A stretch of 64,000 nucleotides of DNA, taken from contig NC_087251.1 in NCBI RefSeq assembly GCF_037042905.1, positions 48,238,001 to 48,302,000 on the forward strand, given 5' to 3'. Position numbers and translations under genes: made by a program. Positions within the stretch are counted from its first letter, which is position 1. Each line of letters starts with the position of its first letter. Shown here piece by piece: positions 27,283-39,844 of this stretch. The stretch is from Lytechinus pictus. Its lineage: Eukaryota. A model generated the notes under the pieces. It was not told the origin of the DNA, made no database searches, and worked only from the letters and a program-made list of their open reading frames with translations.

Positions 27283-27495
27283 AGGTCAAGTCCACCCCAG
27301 AAAAAAGAAATGTTGATTTGAATCAATAGAAAAAATCCAACAAGCATAATTTTGAAAAATTCATCAAAATTGGATGTAAAAATGAGTAAATCAGTATGGC
27401 ATTTCCAAATTTCACATAGCCTATATTTTTCACAAAATAGTTATATGCACAACTCAGTATTATGCAAATGAGAGTTGATGATGTCCCTCGATCAC
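27283..27495. mobile_element. MITE family A, left part (interrupted; resumes ~29874-29975)
   Basis: TTAA|AGGTCAAGTCCACCCC start; family-A sequence TTGTTTGAATTATA..AATAAGGACCAACTTGACTGAACCATA reappears at ~29874-29935. Confidence 0.7.
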
Positions 27496-28735
27496 TACCA
27501 ACCGCGTAGCCAGGATTTCATTTTGGAGGGGGCGGTAAATGCACGCGAAGCGTGCCAACACTTACAGAGCGCGCGAAGCGCGCTCCCTAGGGGGTGGGTG
27601 CAGGGAGGGGGAGTTTCCCCCTCCCTTGCGAAGCTTTTGGTGTTTCATAAATTAAAATGAAAAGGAGCCGTCTCTCTTGTCTTTAGTACCTATATATCAG
27701 CTCCAATTCAGTTGACTATATTGTGATTTTGAACATTGTTTTCAAAAAAGATTGTGAACGCACAAAAAAGGAAAACAATGGAGGAAATTAAAATGATAAT
27801 AACCACGCGCGAAGCGCGGAAACTAAAGCGTTTTATCAATTTTTTGCCATGAAAAGGGTCCCGAGAAAACGGTATTTTCAAACACATCATTATTGGAAAC
27901 TTCCCTTGGAAAGATCAGATTTGATTACAAACAATTTAGCGACAGTGCATATCTTTAACTCGCAAAACAGAGGACGGAGAAGAAGTGTATATGCCGGGAG
28001 GAAGATATTCCTCCCCGCGCAGAACAACGAAACTCTGAAATTTCAAAGGGCAGACGTTTCATCAAATGCAGATATCTCCAATACCCGATCGGCTCTAATT
28101 CAATTAATTTTCTAAGATTATTGAACTTCATTACAAGGAAAATAGTGCGCAAAAAGTTGAAACTTCTGTGATTTATTGAAATTATATAAAAAGGATACCT
28201 AATTTCTTTGACTTATCCTGAAGCGCTTCATTTTGAATTATAAAGAAACTTTGGTGTCATTCAAAATTTCAAACTGAGGGCGCAAAACAGGACAGGAGAT
28301 GAATGTGCAGGGAAATGACATGAAGTTTAATAGAATTTGATAAAAAATATTGTACTTTTTTATTTAATAAGATACGAATTTTATACCTTCCTCTTTTTAA
28401 ATTAGGAACCTGTTTGCCCCCAAAATTATGGTTGTTTAGTAATGAGCTGAAAAGCGGGAGAAGTTGACTTTATGGAGGTGACGGCAGAAATTGATATAAA
28501 GATTTCACCCAACCGGAGCCGACCCGACCAGAAGTTGCGCGATCAATTAAAAAAAAAGATAACTTCATATACTTCGGCCTAACCATGCCCTAATGTATAC
28601 ATTTGAACTTTACCCGGCAAGAAACACATATATAGCTGAGGTGGAAAAACAGGGTTAGAGAAAGGGTGGGGGGAACAATGGAGATCTTCAATATTGTCAT
28701 TTAACCGCGCGCAGCGCGGAAGCAAAATTCATATA

Positions 28736-29668
28736 CACTGTTGGTCATAATGGTGGAATAATTATTTTTACCCCAGTTTAGGGAAGGATTTAAAAAAATT
28801 ATTTATTTCTAATAGATCTAGATAATGGCATACATTCTCAGATTTTATTGAATATTGATTTGCGAGTGTTTCTTTTGCGTGACTGCTAAATCATATGTGT
28901 GCTACTATGCTAATCAGCTAGGGAACCTACGTCCTTAAATCATAATTGACAGTAATGAGGATTAATGCCTCACAAAAGGGCACTTATATAGCTAATCGAC
29001 ACGATTTTTATCCTGGGGCCTCACAGTAACGAGGCCATTACTTAGCCCCTGAATCATGACTGTACGCAGTGTTTGCTAGGGTACGCGGCCGCCCCCACAA
29101 ATCCCCCAAAACGAAGAAAATGCAATAAATTGTCAAAAATTCATTGCAATTTCCCCCCGCCCCCAACAGGAAAAAATTCTCTGTGTGGCCATGCCTTGAA
29201 CCATAATGCATGGCCCTACAGAGGAATTTTTCCTGTTGGGGGCCGGGGGAAAATGCAATAAATTTTTGACAATTTATTGCATTTTCTTCGTTTTGGGGGA
29301 TTTGTGGAAGGGGCCGCGTACCCTAGCAAACACTGCGTACAGTCATGATTCAGGGGCTAAGCAATGGCCTCGTTACTGTGAGGCCCCAGGATAAAAATCG
29401 TGTCGATCAGCTATATATCAGTGCCCTTTTGTGAGGCATTAATCCTCATTACTGTCAATCATGACTTAAGGACGTAGGTCCCTTAGCTGATTAGCATAGT
29501 AACACACATATGATGAAGCAGTCACGCAAAACAAATACTCGCAAATTAGTATTCAATAAAATCTAAGAATGTATGCCATTATCTAGATCTATTAGAAATA
29601 AATAATTTTTAAAAATCCTTCCCTAAACTGGGGTAAAAATAAATATTCCACCTTTATGACCAACAGTG
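28736..29668. mobile_element. Foldback/palindromic TA-flanked element (~460-bp arms)
   Basis: TA|CACTGTTGGTCATAA ... TTATGACCAACAGTG|TA; arms complementary up to a ~13-nt spacer at 29195-29207. Confidence 0.9.
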
Positions 29669-30787
29669 TATAAATCTAGAGCAATTAGAGTGAAGGAGTT
29701 TCTCTTTTGAGAAAAAAAAAAGAATAAAAAGAAAAAAAAAACTCAAAGCTACCTTTCTTCCCTTTCCTCCCTTCCCTTTTCCTTTTCTCCTCTCTTTTTT
29801 CTCTTTTTTTCTTTTTGGGGACGTTTTTTTTTTTTGGGGGGGGGGGGGGCGACCGCCCCCACCGCCCCCTGGCTTGTTTGAATTATATTTCAATTAGAGA
29901 TTTGAAAATAAGGACCAACTTGACTGAACCATAGATATAATCCTCAGCGGTTATTCCACATATTCAGGAAAAAAATAAAATTATGGGGAAATATATAAAA
30001 TGATATCGAGGCCCTATATCGACGTTACACCCGACCCACATTATTATTTTTATTGTTCTTTTGGTAGGCCTATTTAGTTAGTGAGATAGTGGTTATTACC
30101 ATGTGAAATGGCCATATTATGGAAAGATATACGATCAAACTGAATAACATTATTTACAGAACTTTATCCAATAAATTACTTATTCCATAGGAGAGCCAGT
30201 TTTCTGAAACTCGGCATGCTGAGCTGTATACTAGGCCCATGGTTTCGATTGAATCAAATTATCTCGGGACACGCAGGATCTCTCCATGTACATGACCAGT
30301 GAACTGAACTCTTCATGACCTTTAGGAGGCCCGGTATACAAGATCATTGCATGCAATGTATCTGTTGACCTTATTACGTAACGTCTCCACACGCACTATT
30401 CAACACAAACACACACACTCATACCGTACACGTGTACACCCACGCACAAGTGAATGAAATTCCCGGGCCAGTCCTACTGCATACACAGAACATACATCAA
30501 ACGTGCACACTGTACTAGTCTACGAATTCAGACACAATTAACCCAAAGACTGTTTATATATCATTTTAGTGAGAATTAAATCAATGCATTTCCAAAACAT
30601 AAACAGGATGCACAATCTTGGAATTTTCTTTGAATGTAAGGGTTCTTTCTGTTGGTTTCATTTTCCTTTCTTTTCTTTTGAATCATTAGAATCGTAAAAT
30701 AAAACTTTTTGTCAATCTGAAACAACATGAGCTGAGGCTAATACGCGGGAAGTCGGAGAAGAACCAAAAAAAGAAGTTTTTCCAATT

Positions 30788-31869
30788 CAGTCAGTCCGCA
30801 AGCCCTGAAAAAGTAGCTTCCTTTATCCAAGTGATATTCATGACAAGAGGGTTTTTGCATAGTTAATGAGCTTGGTGCGAACCAAAACACATCTTTTTAT
30901 TCGGCCATTGCTGCTCTAAATATTGATCAAATTTCATGTTTTTGGTATCTTTGTAAAGAAGAAGAATCATTCTTTCAGGTCATGTGTTTGGATTTTTAAA
31001 AGAATGTTGTAATATAGGAAAAACTTTTGATCTAAAACATGAAACAAAATATTTTTTTTCATGCAACAAAAGTTGTTGTTTTCACACTTAATTTCTGTTT
31101 AGGCACAAATGATTTTTAACTCATGATAAAGCTGAAGATCTAAGCTTTAATATGATATAATTTTTATAAGAAGACGTATTTTAGATGGGTCAGCAGCCAG
31201 CTTTTCATAGGCCAAGTACATTTTGCAGCTCAAAAACAAGAATACTGCGCTCTGATTGGTCATAGACCACACACCCACGCAAATTCCAATGTTCCCCACA
31301 CTGGGCCTCTGCAAGGTCACACTCACCATGTGGTAATCTCTTCAAATTACCCGCGCCTGTTTGTTTTGAAAACAGTATTCAGCCAATCAGAACTCTGGAT
31401 TTTATGTTACTCAGAAATTTCAGAAATCTCGTCTTGCATCTTGATGGAAATAACTGGCTGCTGACCCATCTAAAAGATGGCACATATCAAGAGTGACATT
31501 GTAAGAAAGTATAGAGTTTGAGCTTTCTGATGATATAAATAATGTTGGTGCCTAAAACACAAAATGTTGCACAATTTGCAAGTGAAAACAGAGGAAGAAA
31601 ATTCTGTTTGATGCATCTTTTCAGGTAAAAAATTCACTTATTTATCAAAATATTTCATTCAAAAGAAATGACCAATATAAAAGGGTAACATTTACTCTTG
31701 CCCATGGTACAAAAATAATCAATATTACTCAAGGAGAAAGTGGTTAAATTCTTTGAGAAAGAAAGTCTCACAATTCACGAGATTTTGCAGGGACATGAAT
31801 TCAGCCACGAGAGGACTTGGATAAATCTTGCTCATTTGCTCATTAACACAGGGGCTTGCGGACTGACTG
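30788..31869. mobile_element. Non-autonomous TIR element flanked by AATT (Sola-like, tentative)
   Basis: AATT|CAGTCAGTCCGCAAGCCC ... GGGCTTGCGGACTGACTG|AATT; 18-bp perfect TIR. Confidence 0.8.
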
Positions 31870-32209
31870 AATTCTAATTCTGTGCTGTACGTTATATTCA
31901 TTCTGATTTATAAATTGTTCCAGTGTTATATTAGCAATCAGAGAGCAGATACTTATTTGCAACAGCTAATATCGTGGTTGCATTTTTTTAATGGGGAAGA
32001 TGGGACGGTCGAGGTTTGTTATATGCAAGCGGCCCCCAGCCAAGGGCAAGTTCAAACTTCAAGGAAGGTAGGAATGAGGTACGTACTCCTAATATCGATC
32101 AAGGCTGTTTAGATCTAAAGTCTGCTCTGCCGTTCGTTGTAATGTGATGCAATCATGCAAGGAAAGTCTGGAAACGGCAATGTATCTACGACTATGAGCT
32201 TCGTAAAAC

Positions 32210-32232
32210 CATAGAGCTGTAATAGCTCTATG
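32210..32232. mobile_element. 23-bp palindromic micro-element / excision footprint with 7-bp TSD
   Basis: GTAAAAC|CATAGAGCTGTAATAGCTCTATG|GTAAAAC. Confidence 0.7.
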
Positions 32233-32665
32233 GTAAAACTGATTGACAACGCAATTGTGTAGCGAGGACTACATTATCGTTCTCGCGTAACACACGCACG
32301 GCAGAGGCGGTGGTGCGCACTTTGAGTGTCTGCATGCAGCTACGTTTCAAAAAGCTGGGTATCCCGACAAAGTAAAATCCACACATGTAAGAGCATAATT
32401 TATCATGAAAAACACCTTTTCATTTCATATCATCCACATCATGACTGTTTTAGGACATACACATTCATATAATATACAAATTAATTAGAATGGTGACATG
32501 CCGATTTTGAGGAATTACCAAAACTATCCACCCTCTTTAACGTTATGAGAATACAAAACACACTCTCATGAATTTCACAATCTAAAGGATTGAAGAATTC
32601 TAAAAGGGTGCGTGCCCTAACTTTTCTTGAATCATCAATGTAATAGTGATTGAAATTCGTCTCTC

Positions 32666-33052
32666 GGACCTTTCACACGCTCACTCGAAAACTGATTTGA
32701 ATTCGAATTCCCGAGCGAAGGCGGTATTGTGTCCTTGGTGACTTGTCAATCAAAGCACTGCATCGCAAATACTAACTACGAATGTGCATGACAATTCTAC
32801 GGAAGTGCTTGAAAGGTCACGTAAGCTCCGCCCCAAAAAGATGTTTTGAGATCAAGCCGTTCACACGCAAAATTCGTACCGTAACTGGAATTCATCTCCG
32901 GAGTATAATTTGAATTCGTGATTGTGATTAGCGTTCGTGATTCTAATCATGTTCTTATTTGGTTTCACATGTGCTAAAAATGCGTCATTAGCCTTATTTT
33001 TCACTGAAATCATCATTCAAATTACGAATTTTTTTTACCGTGTGAAAGGGCG
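32666..33052. mobile_element. MITE with CCTTTCACACG / CGTGTGAAAGG ends
   Basis: Short inverted termini; TSD not clear. Confidence 0.5.
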
Positions 33053-34345
33053 GTATGTGAGGTTTATAATAGTAGTATAGTGCATAATAATATGATCAAG
33101 TGCAAGAAATATAGGTAGTAATAGTGATAGTAAAATCTGAATACATGTCAGCAATGTAACATGTTTTGTCTGAATAGACCTACTTGTACCGATGTGCTGA
33201 TTTAGAGTATGGGGGTGTAAGGGTGGATGGGAAGTTGGTGATGGCTTAGATGTGAGTCTGTTTGTGTTCTAAATGAGGAAAATGTTCAAAAGCTTTTGCT
33301 ATTTGACTCGTATCCTTAAAGTGTAATCATTACTTACCCACCGTCCGTCCTTTCCTGAAATGCATGGCTCCCTGTCTTTGAATACGTGGAAAATATCCGG
33401 AGAGGGGGGGGGGGGCTTGAATAGTTTACACATGTCATCTCCCGTCAGGGGGGTTTTCATACAATGTAGCTTACGGAAACTTCAAAATCTTTATTATTTG
33501 AAGATTCCAATGATAATCACAAGTACGGAAATTAGAAATGTTTGTTATCGATCTACGTTAGATGATAAACGATCGAGTTTATCATCATTCTTGCGGGTAT
33601 AATTCGAATTTTATTTTTTTTAATATTTACTTTTGCTAGAATCAAATTTGCTTGACACTTGTTTGCGTGCATTTGACGGATGTTACCTGTCAATGTCTGA
33701 AGAAATATTACCATAACTTGTCAAAACACAAATCCAGCAACACGCATCAATTCATGCACTTTTTTTTATCGATGCAATATGAATGAAATCTTAATCTTTT
33801 TTATTAGGATATTGTATCGATTTACGAATCAGAAATATAGAAAATATTTGTGCTGATCTTTAGGAAATTGCCAATTAGACATTGGGTAAATTGGTGCTAT
33901 TCTTGCATTTATTTTAATTACATTTTCATTTTCAAATCAAGGTCGGATTATTACTTGTCAAAATAGGTGACAATTTAACACCGATGAACATAATGCCAAT
34001 TTAAAAGTTTACATATATATTTTTAATATTGGAAACGTTGGTCCATGAAAATATTCAGTTCTTCCGTAGCTAACGGAAATGATTATTACAGATGGGAAAA
34101 TACCTTTTCTTTTGTGATCTACAGTAGATATTGAGTAACTATAAGGTTAAATAAATCTGGGCTTATTTGTTAATTTTCTTGATTACAAAAAAAATTAATA
34201 ATTATTTTTGTGAGTTGTGCTGTTTTATTTGGAATCAAAATATTGTGATACATTAGTCTGATTTGCTGATTTTTTTACAGTAATTTGTATACATTTAAAC
34301 TATGAATCTACATGCATGACAGTATACGAATAAACAGAAAGTATA

Positions 34346-34547
34346 CATTCTTAAAAATAATGTTGGGCAATCGTACTGTCCACACAACAATTTGTTAAAA
34401 AATATCAAAATCTGGGTAATTTCAACCAATACTGTGTAGTTCTCACCCAAAAGAACACAATATTGGTTTAAAACTACCCAGAATTGGATAAAGTTAAATA
34501 ACCAATCGTTGTGTGGACAGTATGTTGCCCAACATTTTTTAAGAGTG
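34346..34547. mobile_element. TA-flanked MITE
   Basis: TA|CATTCTTAAAAATAATGTTGGGCAA..ACTGTCCACACAAC ... GTTGTGTGGACAGT..TTGCCCAACATTTTTTAAGAGTG|TA. Confidence 0.8.
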
Positions 34548-35374
34548 TAGCATAATACTTTCGCTTTTCAGTGAGAGTGTCGGTTGACTATATAAATCTT
34601 CAACTTTCTTTTATATAAGATTGATTTGTTGGCGAACTGCATTATATCTTGATATCTTCTGTTGGTTTATTGTTGGGAAATTCAAACATCGTTTCTTTTT
34701 TTTTTAATATCGGCGGGTGGCGAATTAGAGTAATGTTGATAGATTCGTTAGTTTTTCTTTTTGTTTAGTAAGTTACTTTTTATGCTCTCTTGTATCTTCT
34801 AAGGCTTGTGAAAAGATCTACGAATGTAAACATAGCTTTTTACTGTTTCTACACCACTTTGTTCAGAAAATTACAAGTCAAATCAACCTTGATGAAATAT
34901 TTTGTATAGAAATCTATAGTAGATGTTAAACTAGTCATTGCTGTACTTGAATAATAGTAATAAAAAACAGCTTTGTTCTTTTTATCAAATATAATTTTTG
35001 CTTGGATATAAACTATACCAACACATTTTGTTCAAAAATATATTGAGAGAGAGATAGAAAGAGAGATATCAAAAGGCCTATTATATAATCATTCTATTCT
35101 AACTTTGCATTTAAAGACAGAGAGAGAGAGAGATCAGAGAACAATATATTTTACGAGAAAATAATAAAAAGCCATTGTATAAATTTTAACGAGTGGTTTG
35201 CACAGAAAAAAATGATTGAATTACTGTATTGATAAGGTCTGGCGTCTTTGCTGAAAATAGTTTTGATTAAATTGTAGAAAAGTTATCCAAACAAGATATA
35301 ATTCGTTTTATTTACTCATTTCATCCTTGTCTTTTGTGGCATTCGCCTCGTGCCTTATTCAAACTTCGACATTT

Positions 35375-35547
35375 ATAACTCAGTCGCATTTGTACTACGA
35401 CAGCCGTACGGCGAGTCGAAAACAACCGTTTTATTCATTTTTACTCAAACCATCTATAATAGTAGCTGGTATGTACTACTAATCATGATAAAACGTTTGT
35501 TTTTTACTCGCCTTCCGGACGCGGTAGAGCAAATGTGACTGAGGTAT
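35375..35547. mobile_element. Small palindromic MITE
   Basis: CTCAGTCGCATTTG..GGCGAGT..AAAACAA versus TTGTTTT..ACTCGCC..CAAATGTGACTGAG inverted arms. Confidence 0.65.
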
Positions 35548-37099
35548 TAAACGGCAGTTGCATTGTCGCTGTATAGCATGTTTTGTATACAGCTACGTAT
35601 ACCTTAGGAAACCTCGTCAGCAGTAGCGTTATGAACCAACAATTTTGAGGTGGCCAGACATGGCCTATGGGGCTGAACGAAGTTCCGAAATTTTGACCTT
35701 TTTAGTACAAAAATGGAATGCAGGGATATATTTGACTTATCATTCAGGGAAAGATATCAAATTTCACCCCCTTTTCCTTTCCAGTTTCTCTCTTTTTTCT
35801 TGATCGAGAACTTTTTTGAGGGGGGGGGGGGGTGGGTGGCCCAGAAGCCCCCCCCCCCCCAGCATCTGTGCGTCATGACTCGTCAGGAAGGGCTGATATA
35901 CTTTTGACAGACACAGCAAAGAGGAAAAAGAAAGTTTTCCACCTCTTGTGGAACCACTCTCCCGTTCATTTTTTTCTGATGCACAAAATATATCTCGATC
36001 ACATTCGAACTGTCATTAGATTAGTATAAATTCATTCTAATCGTCCAATTGCGAATATGTTTCAATCGAACTTTACAATTCTGCTAACAATTGAATGGAA
36101 TCTAAGAAATATAATGTGAAGCGTATTTCAAATTTGAATGAAAACTATAAAGTTTAAAATTACTTTAGGTACAAATTAAAGTTTTTTTAGTTTGTTTTCA
36201 TACAATATGTCATCATTATCATCATTCTCATCATTTGTTTGTTTGTATCCAATGCTCATTGAAATAGATCCCATCATACTTTCTCTCGTGAAACTTTAAT
36301 ATTTCCCTTCTTGAACATCGACAAGAAAAAAACATCAAGAGCATGCGGCAACACCATTTCTGGACCGAGGATGTAAGCAGTCTCTGTTCATTTCTAACAT
36401 ACAACTTGCATAAGTTAAATTAAATCGTCGATATAGAAAAAAAACATAGCGGGTCCAAGATGTAATCCTGGGCACCCCCATTTTGTTGCTGCTTAGTACA
36501 TGTGATGTTTGAAAGACATGGCTGTAAACTCTTAATTTTTTTGTACTTCGGTAATGCATATTTTTGTTAACAGAATAATTTACTTTTAAAGTACAGTAAT
36601 ATCAGGTCTGCCACAATCTTTCCGCCAAAAGTACACTAACCTGCTAATGCATTGTTAATACCTAAGGATCGAGAGACTGCTATTTAAACTATTTCTTTAG
36701 CAAGGGCCTCTAATCATGGTAATATGAAGCTCTACAATGATATTTTCAAATGATTGTAACTTTTTTACCCACTGTTGACATGGACTTGCAGTTGGGTTTT
36801 GATTACAGAGTTGCGAAGTTATAGATCTTGATTGGAAAAGTCAACTGCCAGTGATGACGGAGATAGAGTGATCTCGCTTTACTTCTGTCACTGGTAAACG
36901 GTATTATCACAGTAAACATTTCAGACACGTACTCGTGAAAATGAACTTAATCGCATAAGATTAGGAAATTGAATTTTTTTTTCTTTTCGAGAAATCGAAT
37001 CCAGCATGAAAGTATGATGGCAGTAAAAGTATTTACATTTTTGTAGCGTGTTATAGTACTTTACATATATTTCATTACCACATCATTCACGCCAGGCAT

Positions 37100-37283
37100 A
37101 ATTTCACAATGACACGCCTCTGATTTCAGAGATTTCGTATCATTCGAGGTACCCATTTAACATGGTACGATGGAGAAGGCAAACGTAGATCGGTGCAGTG
37201 CCGAACGATATTATTGCCATGTATGACTCGAACCCCAAACTCTAAAAAAAGGAGCCAACAGAAGAAGCCGCAGACCACGACAC
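37100..37283 (-). mobile_element. Degenerate tRNA-derived SINE
   Basis: Minus strand begins GGTGTCGTGGT (same head as 59928), has B-box-like GGTTCGAGTC and a downstream AAATGGGTACC core-like motif. Confidence 0.5.
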
Positions 37284-38840
37284 CTGACGACATTCAGTTT
37301 ACATTGTTAACTGTAGAAGATATCAATCTGATTTAAATGGCACAGTCTCTGGAGATTTTCCTTTTTGGGAAATAAGATCGCGACTAAAAACACACAAAAA
37401 AGCAAATTGGAGTAATGGCGCGTGAGACACTTCGTATTTGGTGTCGTTGGGGACAGTGTCGACTGAATCAGGCAAGCTGAAAAAATAAAAATTCATCACC
37501 CATGTGACGGTTTATGTATCTCACGGCTTATGCCAATTACATTATTCTACAAAATGACAAGCGGCGTCAATGCTGCTGTTTGTTCTGTAGAAAAAAAAAA
37601 GAACTAATTGTTTTGGAATTCTAAAACAAATGCTGCAGGTGATGGGTTATGACTTGATATATTGGAGACTGCCCCAATATTATAGGGCCTATTCGTGTAT
37701 GTTTTAGGAAAAGAAATATCACCAGTGAAACCATATAATTTTTATTTTCGGACATTCTTAATTTCCCCAGTTCACAGGTAAAATAAAAGCGTTATTATGA
37801 TTATAGTTTTAGCAGTGATTAAAACACCTCGGGTAAAGGCCTATATAAATAAACATTCATTATTTGTAAAATCTTTCTTCGTCCTTCCCATATGAGCATC
37901 CACGCTATTTTGCCCTACCTCCTCAAAATACTGTGTAAACGAATTGTGCTTGGTCGAAAGAAATCAAGATTTACCGTATGTTATGACGTTGCTCTACCAT
38001 AAATCTTCATTCCCTTTTGTAAAAGCGCAGTGCAGCCATACAGCAGTGACGTCATTGGCAGAAATTGAACAGATGTAAGAAATACGCTATATATACGCAT
38101 CTTGATTTAGAAACATGACATTTAAGTGATGATTGCAAACAATGGCAAACTATTGTCGGTATGGAATCAGAATACACAAATATGGGGTAAATAGAGAAAA
38201 AATAGAAGAAAAAAGGAGATGGATTGCCCGATTATTACGACAGTTCCCTGTATCAACATGTCGATATCAAGAGGAATATATTATGGATGACATTCCGGCC
38301 ATTACACATACATTTGCAAGCCTTATATTTTGTTTTTATGAATCATTTACCCTTTTTACTGAAAAAAATATGAAATTTGCTTGGAACATATTGGTTTGAA
38401 TTTGAGATCTTTTTTTTTTTGCAATCTCGAAAGTTGATTGGAAGATTTTGTTTTTATTCAAATATTATTATCAGAAATGAGTGTGAATCAGGGAGTAGCC
38501 TTGATAGGCCAATGACTTTTTGCTACTTTCCTTACACTCCATTCAGTACTGATGTTTCTTGTTATTTTGTCTAAATTTTACACTTGTCATTGATTTATTT
38601 TATTGCATTTATTTGGTTCTCAATGCATTGTATCCTGTTTTAAGAGATGTCGAAAATAAATGAATTTGAAATTGAATTTGAGTGTCGTGAAGTGGATTTT
38701 CACATTTGGATATATAGAAGTACGTCGATTTCAATAATAGAACATTCTTTCACCTCAAGTAAAACTAGAAGAGGAATGAAACTAAGGACGAGGATTAGAA
38801 TGATTGAAGATGTCATTATGATCATCATAAAGTTATTATA

Positions 38841-39123
38841 CACTGTTAAAAACCTGAATTTACAGAAAAAAAAGAAAGAAGATTTTGCAAAAAGCAATAA
38901 CAGAATCATTCTGTAAATTCATAAAACATGAATTTTTCTGCAATTTAACAGAACAGGTCTGTTTAAAAAGGGGAAAAGGGTGTTTTATTAAAGGAAATTT
39001 GTAAGGTTCCGTACACCAAATACCAATTTCCTGTAAGATTACGCAATCTTGTAAGATTACAGGTGTTCTCAAGACGCTGCTGCAGGAACTTCTTTTATTT
39101 TAAGGATAAATTTTCTAACAGTG
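38841..39123. mobile_element. TA-flanked MITE (CACTGTT ends)
   Basis: TA|CACTGTTAAAAA ... TTTTCTAACAGTG|TA; same terminal heptamer as the 28736-29668 foldback. Confidence 0.75.
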
Positions 39124-39598
39124 TATAGATGCATTTTTTTGTGGAGAAAAGGCAATCGACAGAAGTGGATCTACCTGTAGTGTTATATTTGATGCCAAGC
39201 ATGCCCCTGCAAACAACGAACTAGCCAAACAAAGCAAAGCAAAACAAACCGAAGCAAAGGCAAACAAACAATCCAAAAAATAATCATACAGTCCCGCAAT
39301 TGAAGAAAAATGATAAGTCATTAACACCTGGGCCATGATCCCTCCGGCCCATACTTTTTTTCAAATTTCATTTCCCTATACTAGGTCTCTACTGTTCTGA
39401 AAAATATGGTATTAGCTTCATCCTAGAATAGTTTCCCTTTTATTGTGATATTTAGGTCTGAATACATTCAAGTACCAACAATTCACCGCATGTTCTTCAT
39501 TCTCAGCATCTTGGAACACATGTTCTGCGCATGCGTACTTCCGATCGGTGGTCCTCAATTCGATAGAAAGTGACACTTTAATGGGGTGTTGCAAGAAA

Positions 39599-39825
39599 CT
39601 TGCGATTGAACGCAAATCGAACGCAACTCCCAAAATTGAGCGTAAGTCCTCCGATTAAACGCAAATCTGCAATTGAACGCAAGTTACGTTCAATCCTGTT
39701 GCAAGAAGAAGTTGCGTTTGATCAATTGAACGTAGATCAAGCGCAAGCTTTGCGATTGATTGCAAATCGAACGTAACTTATGTGAGATTTTGGAGGACGC
39801 GCAAAATTTGCAATTGAACGCAACT
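39599..39825. repeat. Left subterminal repeat array of the Harbinger element
   Basis: Multiple TTGC(G/A)ATTGAACGCAA-like motifs in both orientations. Confidence 0.85.
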
Positions 39826-39844
39826 CCTCCTCACAATCATCAAA

